A stretch of DNA of 64,000 nt from Eledone cirrhosa (lineage: Eukaryota), in assembly GCA_964016885.1 (NCBI GenBank), contig OZ024765.1:3100001-3164000 (forward strand), read 5' to 3'. The stretch's first letter is position 1; each line of letters starts with the position of its first letter. This document shows, one piece after another, positions 54,145 through 64,000 of this stretch. The notes beneath the pieces are model-generated. The model was not told where the DNA came from. It saw only the letters and a program-made list of their open reading frames with translations, and did no database searches. Position numbers and translations under genes: made by a program.

Positions 54145-54874
54145 GTGAGTACTCTGGTACTGAGGTACCTTATCATGTATATATAGATGAGTTTAGAGAG
54201 AAACTGTGTATAAGAGGGATAGGTTGTGGTGTGCAGGAGAGAAGACTGAGATGGTATGGACATGTGATGTGTTGAGAGAGAAACTGGGTATAAGAGGGAT
54301 AGGTTGTGCTGTGCGGGAGAGAAGACTGAGATGGTATGGACATGTGATGTGTTGAGAGAGAAACTGTGTATAAGAGGGATAGGCTGTAGTGTGTGGGAGA
54401 GAAGACTGCGATGGTATGGATATGTGATGCACATGGAGGATGACCGATGGGTGAAGAAGTGCCAAGAAATCCCAGTAGAAGGAAGATGCAGTAGAGGTAG
54501 ACCACGAAAAACATGGGCGAATGTGGTGAGAGCAGACCTCAGATCACTGAAGGTTATGGTGGAGATGACGAAGGACCGTGACAAGTGGAGAGATGCTGTG
54601 CTGAATAGGACCCGTCCCACCCTTGCAAATAGGGAAAAGCGAACATAAAATGATGATTATGTGTGTGTGTGTGTGCATATATATATATTTTTGTCTGTAA
54701 CTCTTTAAAATTTTCTCACATACAGACACTCACACACCATCCCATCTTCCCCCAATACCTCATATTCTTCCATCTCTCTCTCTCTCTCTCTCTCTGTGTC
54801 CAGTGCCACAGGTCAACAGGTTCAGGACTGACCTAGGGCTAAACACCACCACCACCTATTTCCCTAATATCTCA

Positions 54875-54905
<31 letters not shown>

Positions 54906-54906
54906 G

Positions 54907-55005
54907 TGCCAAATTCGGTCAGAAAGTCATGTATGTCAACTATCTCCATGAATTGAAGGAACATCTACATTTTAACCAGTTGGTTGTACCGCAGCCCGTT
55001 TTGGA
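54907..55005 (+). CDS. ARHGAP1: ARHGAP1-like BCH exon ([33 protein letters not shown])
   Basis: ctccag acceptor, gtaagt donor; KFGQK..YVNYL motif. Confidence 0.97.
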
Positions 55006-55987
55006 GTAAGTACACACTTATTTACACATTTACACACTTATTTACACATTTACACACTTATTTACATACTTATTTAGACATTTACACACTTATTTACACA
55101 TTTACATACTTATTTAGACATTTACACACTTATTTACACATTTATTTAGACATTTACACACTTATTTAGACATTTACACACTTATTTACACATTTACATA
55201 CTTATTTAGACATTTACACACTTATTTAAACATTTGTTTATACATTCACAGTTATTTACACATTTACTTACACATCTACTTTCACACCTATTTACACATC
55301 TATCTACACACTTATTTACACATTTATTTACACACTCCAGTTTACTCAGCTGTAGAAAGGAGTTGTCATGTCACTGGTGCCAAGCAGTATTAGCCATTGA
55401 CTTTCTCTTGGACAACATCATATATAGTGTATATATACTATACATAGTGTGTATATAATGTATATTGTATATTGTGTATATATATAATACATAGTGTGTA
55501 TATAATGTATATATAGTGAATATATGAGTTGAAATGTCACTGGTACCAAGCTGTATCAGTCATTACATTTCTCTTGGACATCATCAGCCCTCTTCGGATT
55601 TTAGTCTTCACATTTATTATTATTATATATATACATATATATATATATATTGAGTTCAATTCTCAGACCAGTTTACTCCTCAGCTGTAGAAATGAGATGA
55701 TAGGACTGGGGTCCCTATCATTCCACTGTAAAGTGGACGTGGAGGTGCCATGGCAAAAAAGCACCCAGCCCACACTGTAAAGTGGACGTGTAGGCACCAC
55801 GGGAAAAAAGCACCCAGCACTCATTGTAAATGAGGTTGGTGTTAGGAAGGGTATCCAGCTGTAGAAATCGAGCCAGAATCAGTTCCTGTCCCACCCTTGC
55901 AAGCAGGGAAAAGTGGACGTAAAATGATGATGATGATATATACACACACACATAATGATGTTGATGTATTTCTTGTTTTTCTTCCAG

Positions 55988-56098
55988 ACACGATGCCCGA
56001 CTAGTGTCTGCCAACAAACCCCCCTACCCCTACACAGATCCCAAAACAAAATTTACAACACCGCAGAAAACCCAACAGTTTGGAGTCTCTTTGAATTT
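55988..56098 (+). CDS. ARHGAP1: ARHGAP1-like linker exon (HDARLVSANKPPYPYTDPKTKFTTPQKTQQFGVSLNF)
   Basis: ttccag acceptor, gtaagt donor; QQFGVSL marks the start of the RhoGAP domain. Confidence 0.95.
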
Positions 56099-57144
56099 GT
56101 AAGTTTATCATAACTATTATTATTATTATTATTTTTATTATTGTCTTTTGAATTATTATTGGGCAGTATCTGAACATTAATCAGTATACACTTGTGATGA
56201 AGACCTCAGAGCTGTATGGGAGCCTCCCAAAAGTCAGCTCGAAAGTGACAGAGAGGAGACTGAGGTTAGCTGGACATGCTCACCGACATCCAGAGTTGAC
56301 ACTGCACTCAGAGCTCCTGTGGGAGCCCCTACATGAATACACTAGAAGAGGGAGACCGAGGTTGACATATGTTGATGCCCTAAGGACAGACACTGGTCTG
56401 TTGGAGACGCGGGACATGGCAGCGATAATGAGAGACAGAGACCGCTGGAGAGAACTCGTCCATGGATCTCGGGAATTTTACCCGCCCTAGATAGATAGGT
56501 AGATAGTATCATTAGAAACATGGTATTGAAAAGGTTAAAGCAGCTATGGGCAAACTGTGGCCCTGTGAGCCACATGTGGCCCATTTGGCTTTCTGAATGG
56601 CACCTAATTTTAAAATTGCCTTGAATTTGTTAGTAGTATGGCCCACCTTATGATGAGCAACATCCTATGTGGCCCACTGCTTGAAAAAGCTTGCCCATGT
56701 GGGGATTAAAGTGTGTATATTTATCTAATAACTTTCCACCATAATTTTATGTAAGAACCTTTTTCAAGTTATGTTCCAAACACTAGGTTAATCACAAGAA
56801 AGTTAGTTTTACTATTATATCCCTCCAAATTCTTAATTATTTTCATAAATATTTGAAAATCATACATAGAAATATGGTAATGAAAAAAAACCTTCCATCA
56901 TAGTTTCATGTAAGAACCTTTGTTAAGTTATGTTCCAAACACCAGGTTAATAAGACAGTGTCTTTCATTAGAAATATGTTAACGAAAGGGTTAAAGTGTT
57001 TATATTTATCTAACAACCTTCCATAATAATTTTATATAAGAACCTTTGTTAAGTTATGTTCCAAACCATAGACAGTGTCTTTCATTAGAAATGTGGTGAC
57101 AAAAGGGTTAATATCTCAACTTCTTTCTTCTGCCCTGTTTTCAG

Positions 57145-57215
57145 TATACAACAGCAATCTGGAGGGACCCTGCCCCCTATAGTTGTTCACACAGTCGAAT
57201 ACCTCAGACAAAACG
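57145..57215 (+). CDS. ARHGAP1: ARHGAP1-like RhoGAP exon (IQQQSGGTLPPIVVHTVEYLRQN)
   Basis: ttttcag acceptor, gtgagt donor; phase 2-1. Confidence 0.95.
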
Positions 57216-57239
57216 GTGAGTTATCTATAAATTTATTTC

Positions 57240-58400
57240 AAGTTCTTCTTCTTCTTGGGAAGGTCAGGGGAGCAGAGTCCTCAAACACTCCCTTCAGCAG
57301 GTCCTGTCAGAAGCAACTATCTCCAACTGATCCTGCTGCACTTCCAAGCGTGACCAACCAAGCTCATGGATATTATCCAACCATCTTGCTCGTAATGGGT
57401 CTATCCATGGGTCGGGACTCCTGCCTGTTGGTTTTGCCTGTAAAATCTGTCCGGCAATTCTTTCCTGAGACATTCTAACCACATGTCTATAGTATCAGAG
57501 CTGTGATCTCTCAATTCAGAGAAGTAGCAGCTCTACTTGGAGTGACCCTCTGATCTCTGAGCTACAAATATGTCCAGTGATTCTTTCCTGAGACATTCTA
57601 ACCACATGTCCATAGTATCAGAGCTGTGATCTCTCAATTCAGAGAAGTAGCAGCTCTACCTGGAGTGACTCTCTGATCTCTGAGCTACAAATATGTCCAG
57701 TGATTCTTTCCTGAGACATTCTAACCACATGTCCATAGTATCAGAGCTGTGATCTCTCAATTCAGAGAAGTAGCAGCTCTACCTGGAGTGACCCTCTGAT
57801 CTCCAAGCTACAAATCTGTCCAGTGATTCTTTCCTCAGACATTCTAACCACATGTCCATAGTATCAGAGCTGTGATCTCTCAATTCAGAGAAGTAGCAGC
57901 TCTACCTGGAGTGACCCTCTGATCTCCGAGCTACAAATCTGTCCAGTGATTCTTTCCTCAGACATTCTAACCACATGTCCATAGTATCAGAGCTGTGATC
58001 TCTCAATTCAGAGAAGTAGCAGCTCTACCTGGAGTGACCCTCTGATCTCCAAGCTACAAATATGTCCAGTGATTCTTTCCTGAGACATTCTAACCACATG
58101 TCCATCGTATCAGAGCTGTGATCTCTCAATTCAGAGAAGTAGCAGCTCTACCTGGAGTGACTCTCTGATCTCCAAGCTACACACTCTATCGAGTAATGTT
58201 ACTCCAAAGACCTTTCGGAGGAACCACATTTCAGTCATTTGTATTTGCAATGATATTCTTTCAGTTATTACCCAAGATTTATGACCATAGGTAAGAGTTG
58301 GTACAAATACCGAATTGAAGATAGCGAGTTTGGCTTTTACACCTACCTCCCTTCTTCTGACTACTGAACGCTGAAGCTGGTGCCTTACTGCACCAGCTCT
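57240..58400 (-). mobile_element. RTE family C fragment with about six 123-bp tandem units
   Basis: Antisense equivalent of 6085-6935; another copy lies at 63715-64000 (-). Confidence 0.85.
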
Positions 58401-58572
58401 TGCATTTCTTGCACTTAATTCAGCCTCCTGTATTCCAAGTTTTACAGAATAAAATGAATAAATCATTTATTTATTCATTGTTGATGTTATTACTGTTGTT
58501 GTTGTTATTATTGTTATTGTTGTTGTTTGTGTAAGAACTGTGGAAACCTGATTTGTTCCTTGGTTGTTTCAG

Positions 58573-58650
58573 CGTTGGATACGGAGGGGATATTCCGAAG
58601 ATCTGCCAATGCCTCCCTTATCAAGGAAGTACAGAACAAGATCAACGCAG
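58573..58650 (+). CDS. ARHGAP1: ARHGAP1-like arginine-finger exon (ALDTEGIFRRSANASLIKEVQNKINAG)
   Basis: gtttcag acceptor, gtaggt donor; EGIFRRSAN catalytic motif intact. Confidence 0.98.
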
Positions 58651-58687
58651 GTAGGTCTTTCTACCCCTCTTGTCCACCCCTATCAAA

Positions 58688-58801
58688 CACTTGACCTTGC
58701 ATTTCTCACAAGATAACTTGTCTAACCCATGGAAAAAGGTACGTTAAACGTGTGTGTATGTATGTATCTATATATCTATCTATCTATCTATCTATATATA
58801 T

Positions 58802-58832
<31 letters not shown>

Positions 58833-58909
58833 CATACATACACACACGTTTAACGTACCTTTTTCCATGGGTTAGACAAGTTATCTTGTGAGAAATGCAA
58901 GGTCAAGTG
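58688..58909. repeat. Near-perfect 222-bp palindrome centred on (TA)n
   Basis: cacttgaccttgcatttctc...gagaaatgcaaggtcaagtg; one mismatch seen. Confidence 0.92.
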
Positions 58910-59456
58910 ATCTTGTGAGAAATGCAAGGCCCCAGACAGTTTTATGAAAGGTGGGTGAAAGAAGCGAGAATGGCTCGTGTAAATGGGCCTTCTCTCTACA
59001 TTGTTCTGTAGGTGAAGAAGTGAAGAGGAAAGGGGGAGCGCCTCCTCTCTGGGCTTCCCCCGCGAAAAGGGTTGCACACTTTTCGGGGGTATGTGCAATC
59101 CCGAACACGCCCCCTCCCTTTTGAGGACTTTTTATTATTATATTATTATTGTTATTCCTTTTTCTTTACTCGATTTATGTAAACTCCCCCACTGTGTATT
59201 TGTCCCCTTCTTTTGTGCCCTCGTGGCAAATAAATAGAAATTTATCTATATATATATATATATATGGAGGCACATGGCTTAGTGGTTAGAGCATTGGCCT
59301 TGCAATCGAAAGGTTGTGACTTCAATTCTCAGACCGGGTGATGTGTTGTTTCCTTGAGCAAGACACTTTATTTCACATTGCTCCAGTTTACTCAGCTGTA
59401 GAAATGAGATGATAGGGACTGTTGTTACCCCTGATTGAACCCGAGCCTTGAATATA

Positions 59457-59493
<37 letters not shown>

Positions 59494-60227
59494 AGGGAGT
59501 GTAACTTGGAGTTACTGCAGGTTCACCCGGGAGAGCACTCGGTGTTTAGGTTCACTTCTGTGATGAGGTGTAGAGCTAGACAGAGTGTATTATAGTGAAA
59601 GGATAACAAGGTCGATTGGTTACTCCTTCATTGCATTTATTGGTTGGTGACGCGCGACCGTCACCACCATCTTATCATCACCACCACCCCCACATACACT
59701 ACAGTCACCACCATCTTATCATCACCTCCACCCCCACATACACTACAGTCACCACCATCTTATCATCACCCCCACATACACTACAGGTGAATACATCCCT
59801 ATGATCTATTCCACCAATCAAAACAACTCATATTGACCAACATATGAACTTCTGACTTTACCACATAGCATGTATTCATTTTCTACTAGCATTTTAAAGG
59901 GTCCATTGAGCTACCGATCATTGAGTCGGGTCAGATCGATACAGATCAAACCCTGAGCTGATCAGTGGCGAAACATGCGTCACCAACCAATAAATGTAAT
60001 GAAGGAGTAACCAATCGTCCGTGTTATCTTTTCAATATATATATATATTGTTAAATATTTCCGTGGAAAAGGTAACGGAAAAAAGAGTGCTCTATGTATA
60101 GAACAGAGCTGTTTAATCTTTAATATTAAAGATTTCTATCTGATGAACAACTTTGGATGCCTCTGTTAGAATCGTCTGACTTCATGAAACCTGGGGTAAT
60201 GGAATAATTATATTGTGTTGTTTATTA

Positions 60228-60260
<33 letters not shown>

Positions 60261-61402
60261 TTTACGTCCGCTTTTCTCTGCTTGCAAGGGTGGGACGGGA
60301 ACTGATTCTGGCTTGATTTCTACAGCTGGATGCCCTTCCTAACACCAACCTCATTTACAGTGAGTGCTGGGTGCTTTTTTGCCGTGGCACCTCCACGACC
60401 ACTTTACAGTGGAATGATATGGACCCCAGTCCCTATCATCTCATTTCTACAGCTGAGTAAACTGGAGCAATGTGAAATAAAGTGTCTTGCTCAAGGAAAC
60501 AACACATCACCCGGTCTGAGAATTGAACTCACAACCTTTCGATTGCAACGCCAATGCTCTAACCACTAAACCATGTACCTACATATCATCATCATCATCA
60601 TCATCATCAGGTTTAGCGTCCGTGTTCCACGCTTGCATGGGTTTGGACGGGGGTTTTCCCACTTGAGGCAAGAGTGGTTGTCTTGCTCGCATAGGACTGT
60701 CTGGCGGGTTTTCTACAGTTGGATGCCCTTCCTAACACCAACCACATTTACAGTGTGGGGCTGGGAGGTTTTTACCGTGTTACCTACACGGCCACATTAC
60801 AGCGTGGACTGTCTGGCGGGTTTTCTACAGTTGGATGCCCTTCCTAACACCAACCACATTTACAGTGTGGGGCTGGGAGGTTTTTACCGTGTTGCCTACA
60901 TGGCCACATTACAGCGTGGACTGTCTGGCGGGTTTTCTACAGCTGGATGCCCTTCCTAACACCAACCACATTTACAGTGTGGGGCTGGGAGGTTTTTACC
61001 GTGTTGCCTACACGGCCACATTTACAGCGTGGACTGTGTGTTTTTTGTCGTGACACCTACACGATCTCATTTGTTTCGGCCTGGATGTTGTGGGACCAAC
61101 ATAACTTTACATTGAAAGGGGCGGTGTGGGTGGGGTGGAGGTGGTGGGACGGGGGTGTGTTTTGATAGAGATGCCTACTGAATTATATATATATATAATT
61201 GGTGTTGGATGCTTAAAGCGTCCGTATGCGGTAGGCCATATGAGCACTCAATGCTCTCATAGAGCAGAGTATGATATCACAGAAAAAAAGAGAATCAGTG
61301 TTGCGACGAAAGGAATTTATTGGACATATTACAATCGTTTCTGTGGCGACCAGCTCGAGGCATGATCAATGTGGTGATCAAACCTGACTCTGAAAATTGC
61401 AA

Positions 61403-61497
61403 GACGTATCTGAGGACCTTGTGATTTTCAGAGTCAGGTTCGATCATCACATGATCGTGCCTCGAGCTGGTTGCCAGAGAAACGATTGTAATATGTC
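61403..61497 (+). ncRNA. Hammerhead-like motif inside the inverted repeat 61284-61544
   Basis: GACGUAU-CUGAGGA-...-GAAAC-GAUU-GUA-AUAUGUC; 7-bp stem I, degenerate stem II. Confidence 0.45.
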
Positions 61498-61537
61498 CAA
61501 TAAATTCCATTCATCACAACACTTAAACACTGATTCT

Positions 61538-61577
<40 letters not shown>

Positions 61578-61971
61578 TAAATGGAAACTATATTTATAAA
61601 ACCATATTTATTTTATTATACATATTTCAAGGGCAACCGAGGCAAATTATGGTGCGCTTTCATCAGATAAAATACAAATTTGTTTTATAAATAAATATTG
61701 ACATACCTGGAAAAAAAGACAACCTTAACGGTTGGAGCTTCCTGGATAGTGGAGATAATACTTTATTGAGGGTGATACACAGTTAGGAGGGAGTATGCAA
61801 ATGAGTGTCTGAAAGGTTGAAAAGATAACGGTTTATTTAAATTAAACTGTTGAGTGCTTTATATCAGTTATAAAAATTTTTAAGCTTGTTGAATCCCAAC
61901 AAATTAAATATAACCTCTGTATATATATATATATATATATATATCTGATAATTAAACTAAATCTTCTTCAG

Positions 61972-62100
61972 GTGATGAGGTGAATTATGCTAATTATGAA
62001 GACAAACACATTCCTGCTGTCATTCTCAAGAAATTTCTTCGAGAATTACCAGAACCTATTTTAACTTACGATTTGGCAGAACCCATTACAAGACTCTATG
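61972..62100 (+). CDS. ARHGAP1: ARHGAP1-like RhoGAP exon (DEVNYANYEDKHIPAVILKKFLRELPEPILTYDLAEPITRLY)
   Basis: ttcttcag acceptor, gtaagt donor; AVILK.FLRELPEP motif. Confidence 0.98.
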
Positions 62101-62239
62101 GTAAGTAGGACCTCTTCCTTCCATATCTAAAGGTCTAGAGTATGTCTCAAGCCCGGAGGTTCATTAGATCGGTTGCTTGTCTTGATTTCTGTGGTGTTAA
62201 GTGACTGAGAGTACGAGACTTCCCCCTGGGCCGGAGACT

Positions 62240-62640
62240 TTATTTAGAAATATGGTAATGAAAGCGTTAAAGTGTTTATATTTATCTAAAAACCTTCCAT
62301 CATAATTTTATATAAGAACGTTTGTTAAGTTATGTTCCAAACACCAGTTAATAAGACAGTGTCTTTCATTAGAAATATGGTAATGAAAGGGTTAAAGTGT
62401 TTATATTTATCTAAAAACCTTCCATCATAATTTTATATAAGAACCTTTGTTAAGTTATGTTCCAAACACCAGTTAATAAGACAGTGTCTTTCATTAGAAA
62501 TATGGTAATGAAAGGGTTAAAGTGTTTATATTTATCTAAAAACCTTCCATCATAATTTTATATAAGAACCTTTGTTAAGTTATGTTCCAAACACCATAGA
62601 CAGTCTTTAATTAGAAATATGGTAATGAAAGGGTTAAAGT
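62240..62640. repeat. About 125-bp tandem copies of a dispersed AT-rich repeat
   Basis: aagaacctttgttaagttatgttccaaacacc...; the same family occurs at 5450-6045, 20000-20230, 40800-41880 and 56705-57110. Confidence 0.8.
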
Positions 62641-62677
62641 GTCAACAGACTGTTATATATTTTCTGTGTATTTTCAG

Positions 62678-62784
62678 GTTTAGAAGAAGAGCAGTTACTA
62701 TCTGAGGCCCGACAGATGATGTTAGAAGAACTCCCAGAAGAAAATTACCAACTCTTGAAATACATTATTAACTTCCTCAGTGAG
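62678..62784 (+). CDS. ARHGAP1: ARHGAP1-like RhoGAP exon (GLEEEQLLSEARQMMLEELPEENYQLLKYIINFLSE); gene continues beyond the window
   Basis: ttttcag acceptor, gtgagt donor; LPEENY motif. The final NKM..NLA exon is not in the window. Confidence 0.97.
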
Positions 62785-64000
62785 GTGAGTTAAACCCTTG
62801 TCATACAAACCCCACCTAAAACTGGCCCTTGTTCTATGATACAGAACTCACCATCATTTTATGTCTGTTGTTCCATGTTTGCATGGTTCCTCTTCAGCAC
62901 AGCATCTCTCCACTAGCCGCATTTCTTCGCCATCTCCTCTGTGAGTTTCAATGATTTGAGGTCAGCTCTCACCACCTCTACCCAGGTCTTTCTTGGTATC
63001 CCTCTACTGGGGCTTCCTTCCACTAGGATTTCCTTGCACTTCTTCACCTCAGCAATCATCATCCATGTGTATTACGTGTTCATACTAAAGCAGTCTTCTC
63101 TCCTGCACACCACCTCAGATTCTTCTGAAACCCAGTTTCTCCCTTGGTTCATCAAAGCTCTACCTTTCTCTCATATTTACATAGCACATCCAATGAATCT
63201 TGGTTGCTTCATTTGTCTTAAGTCAGCGCATGTCCTCTACAGTTACAGCCCATGTTTCACTACGAAGCAGTATCACACTTCGTACACAGTCATCTTTTGT
63301 ATGTAGGGAGAAACTGTTCATTTTAACTCATAACATTCTGTAATAATTTAACAGAAAAAGTCTAAAAACAGCTTCATTAATTCAAGTGTTTATCGTATCT
63401 TTACTAGTGGACAGATTGTTGTGAAAATTTACAGTGAAGACTTTAATATTTAATGTGATGTAGTCATAGTGTTGTTTTGTACTAAATGTTTATAGTATCT
63501 TTACTGGTGGACAGATTGTTGTGAATATTTACAGTATTACAGTAAAGACTTTAATATTTAATGTGATGTAGTCATAGTGTTGTTTTGTACTAAATGTTTA
63601 TAGTATCTTTACTGGTGGACAGATTGTTGTGAATATTTACAGTATTACAGTAAAGACTTTAATATTTAATGTGATGTAGTCATAGTGTTGTTTTGTACTT
63701 TTGAAGAATGTTTTGCCAGTTAATTTTGCCCATAAAATCTGTGCAGAGATTCTTTCCTTAGCCATTCTAACCACATGCCCATAGTATCGGAGCTGTGATC
63801 TCTGAATTCGGAGAAGTAGCTGCTCTACCTGGAGTGACTCTGATCTCCGAGCTAAGCACTCTATCGAGTAATATTATTCCAAAGACCCTTTGGAGGAACC
63901 CCATTTCGGTCGCTTGAATTTGGGTTCATATTTTTTTAGTCATTACCCAAGATTCACGAATAACAAATTGAAGATAGCGAGTTTGCCTTTTACACCTGCC

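Noticed and set aside
54780-54812. Alternative acceptor mimicking the 54907 exon start (ccagtgcc)
   Set aside because: Only a short similarity; the downstream acceptor restores the conserved BCH sequence.

Overview
Repeat-saturated, AT-rich animal genomic DNA. The RTE LINEs, tRNA-derived SINEs and very long (TA)n/(CA)n tracts suggest a coleoid cephalopod such as an octopus; this is an inference. One 200-N scaffold gap lies at 9851-10050. Almost all ORFs in the supplied track are microsatellite or transposon noise. The one host gene is a + strand, multi-exon ARHGAP1/p50RhoGAP (RhoGAP68F-like; BCH/CRAL-TRIO plus RhoGAP domains). I reconstructed it by hand from 11 phase-consistent GT-AG exons at 46718-62784 and an upstream acidic exon at 15969-16076; the 3' end runs off the window. 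The remainder is RTE and Tx1/L1-like LINE fragments, two SINE families, two non-autonomous Helitrons with verifiable empty sites, many TE-derived minisatellites and long fold-back inverted repeats. The most interesting observations are: (1) three candidate frame-preserving phase-1 microexons (18, 24 and 21 nt) in the 30.6-kb intron; (2) several minimal type I hammerhead ribozyme motifs from distinct Penelope-like repeat families, some intact and sense to the pre-mRNA; (3) an exact 25-bp-period array of POU octamer sites with divergent spacers; (4) many long intronic hairpins, including one starting 38 nt after the arginine-finger exon.
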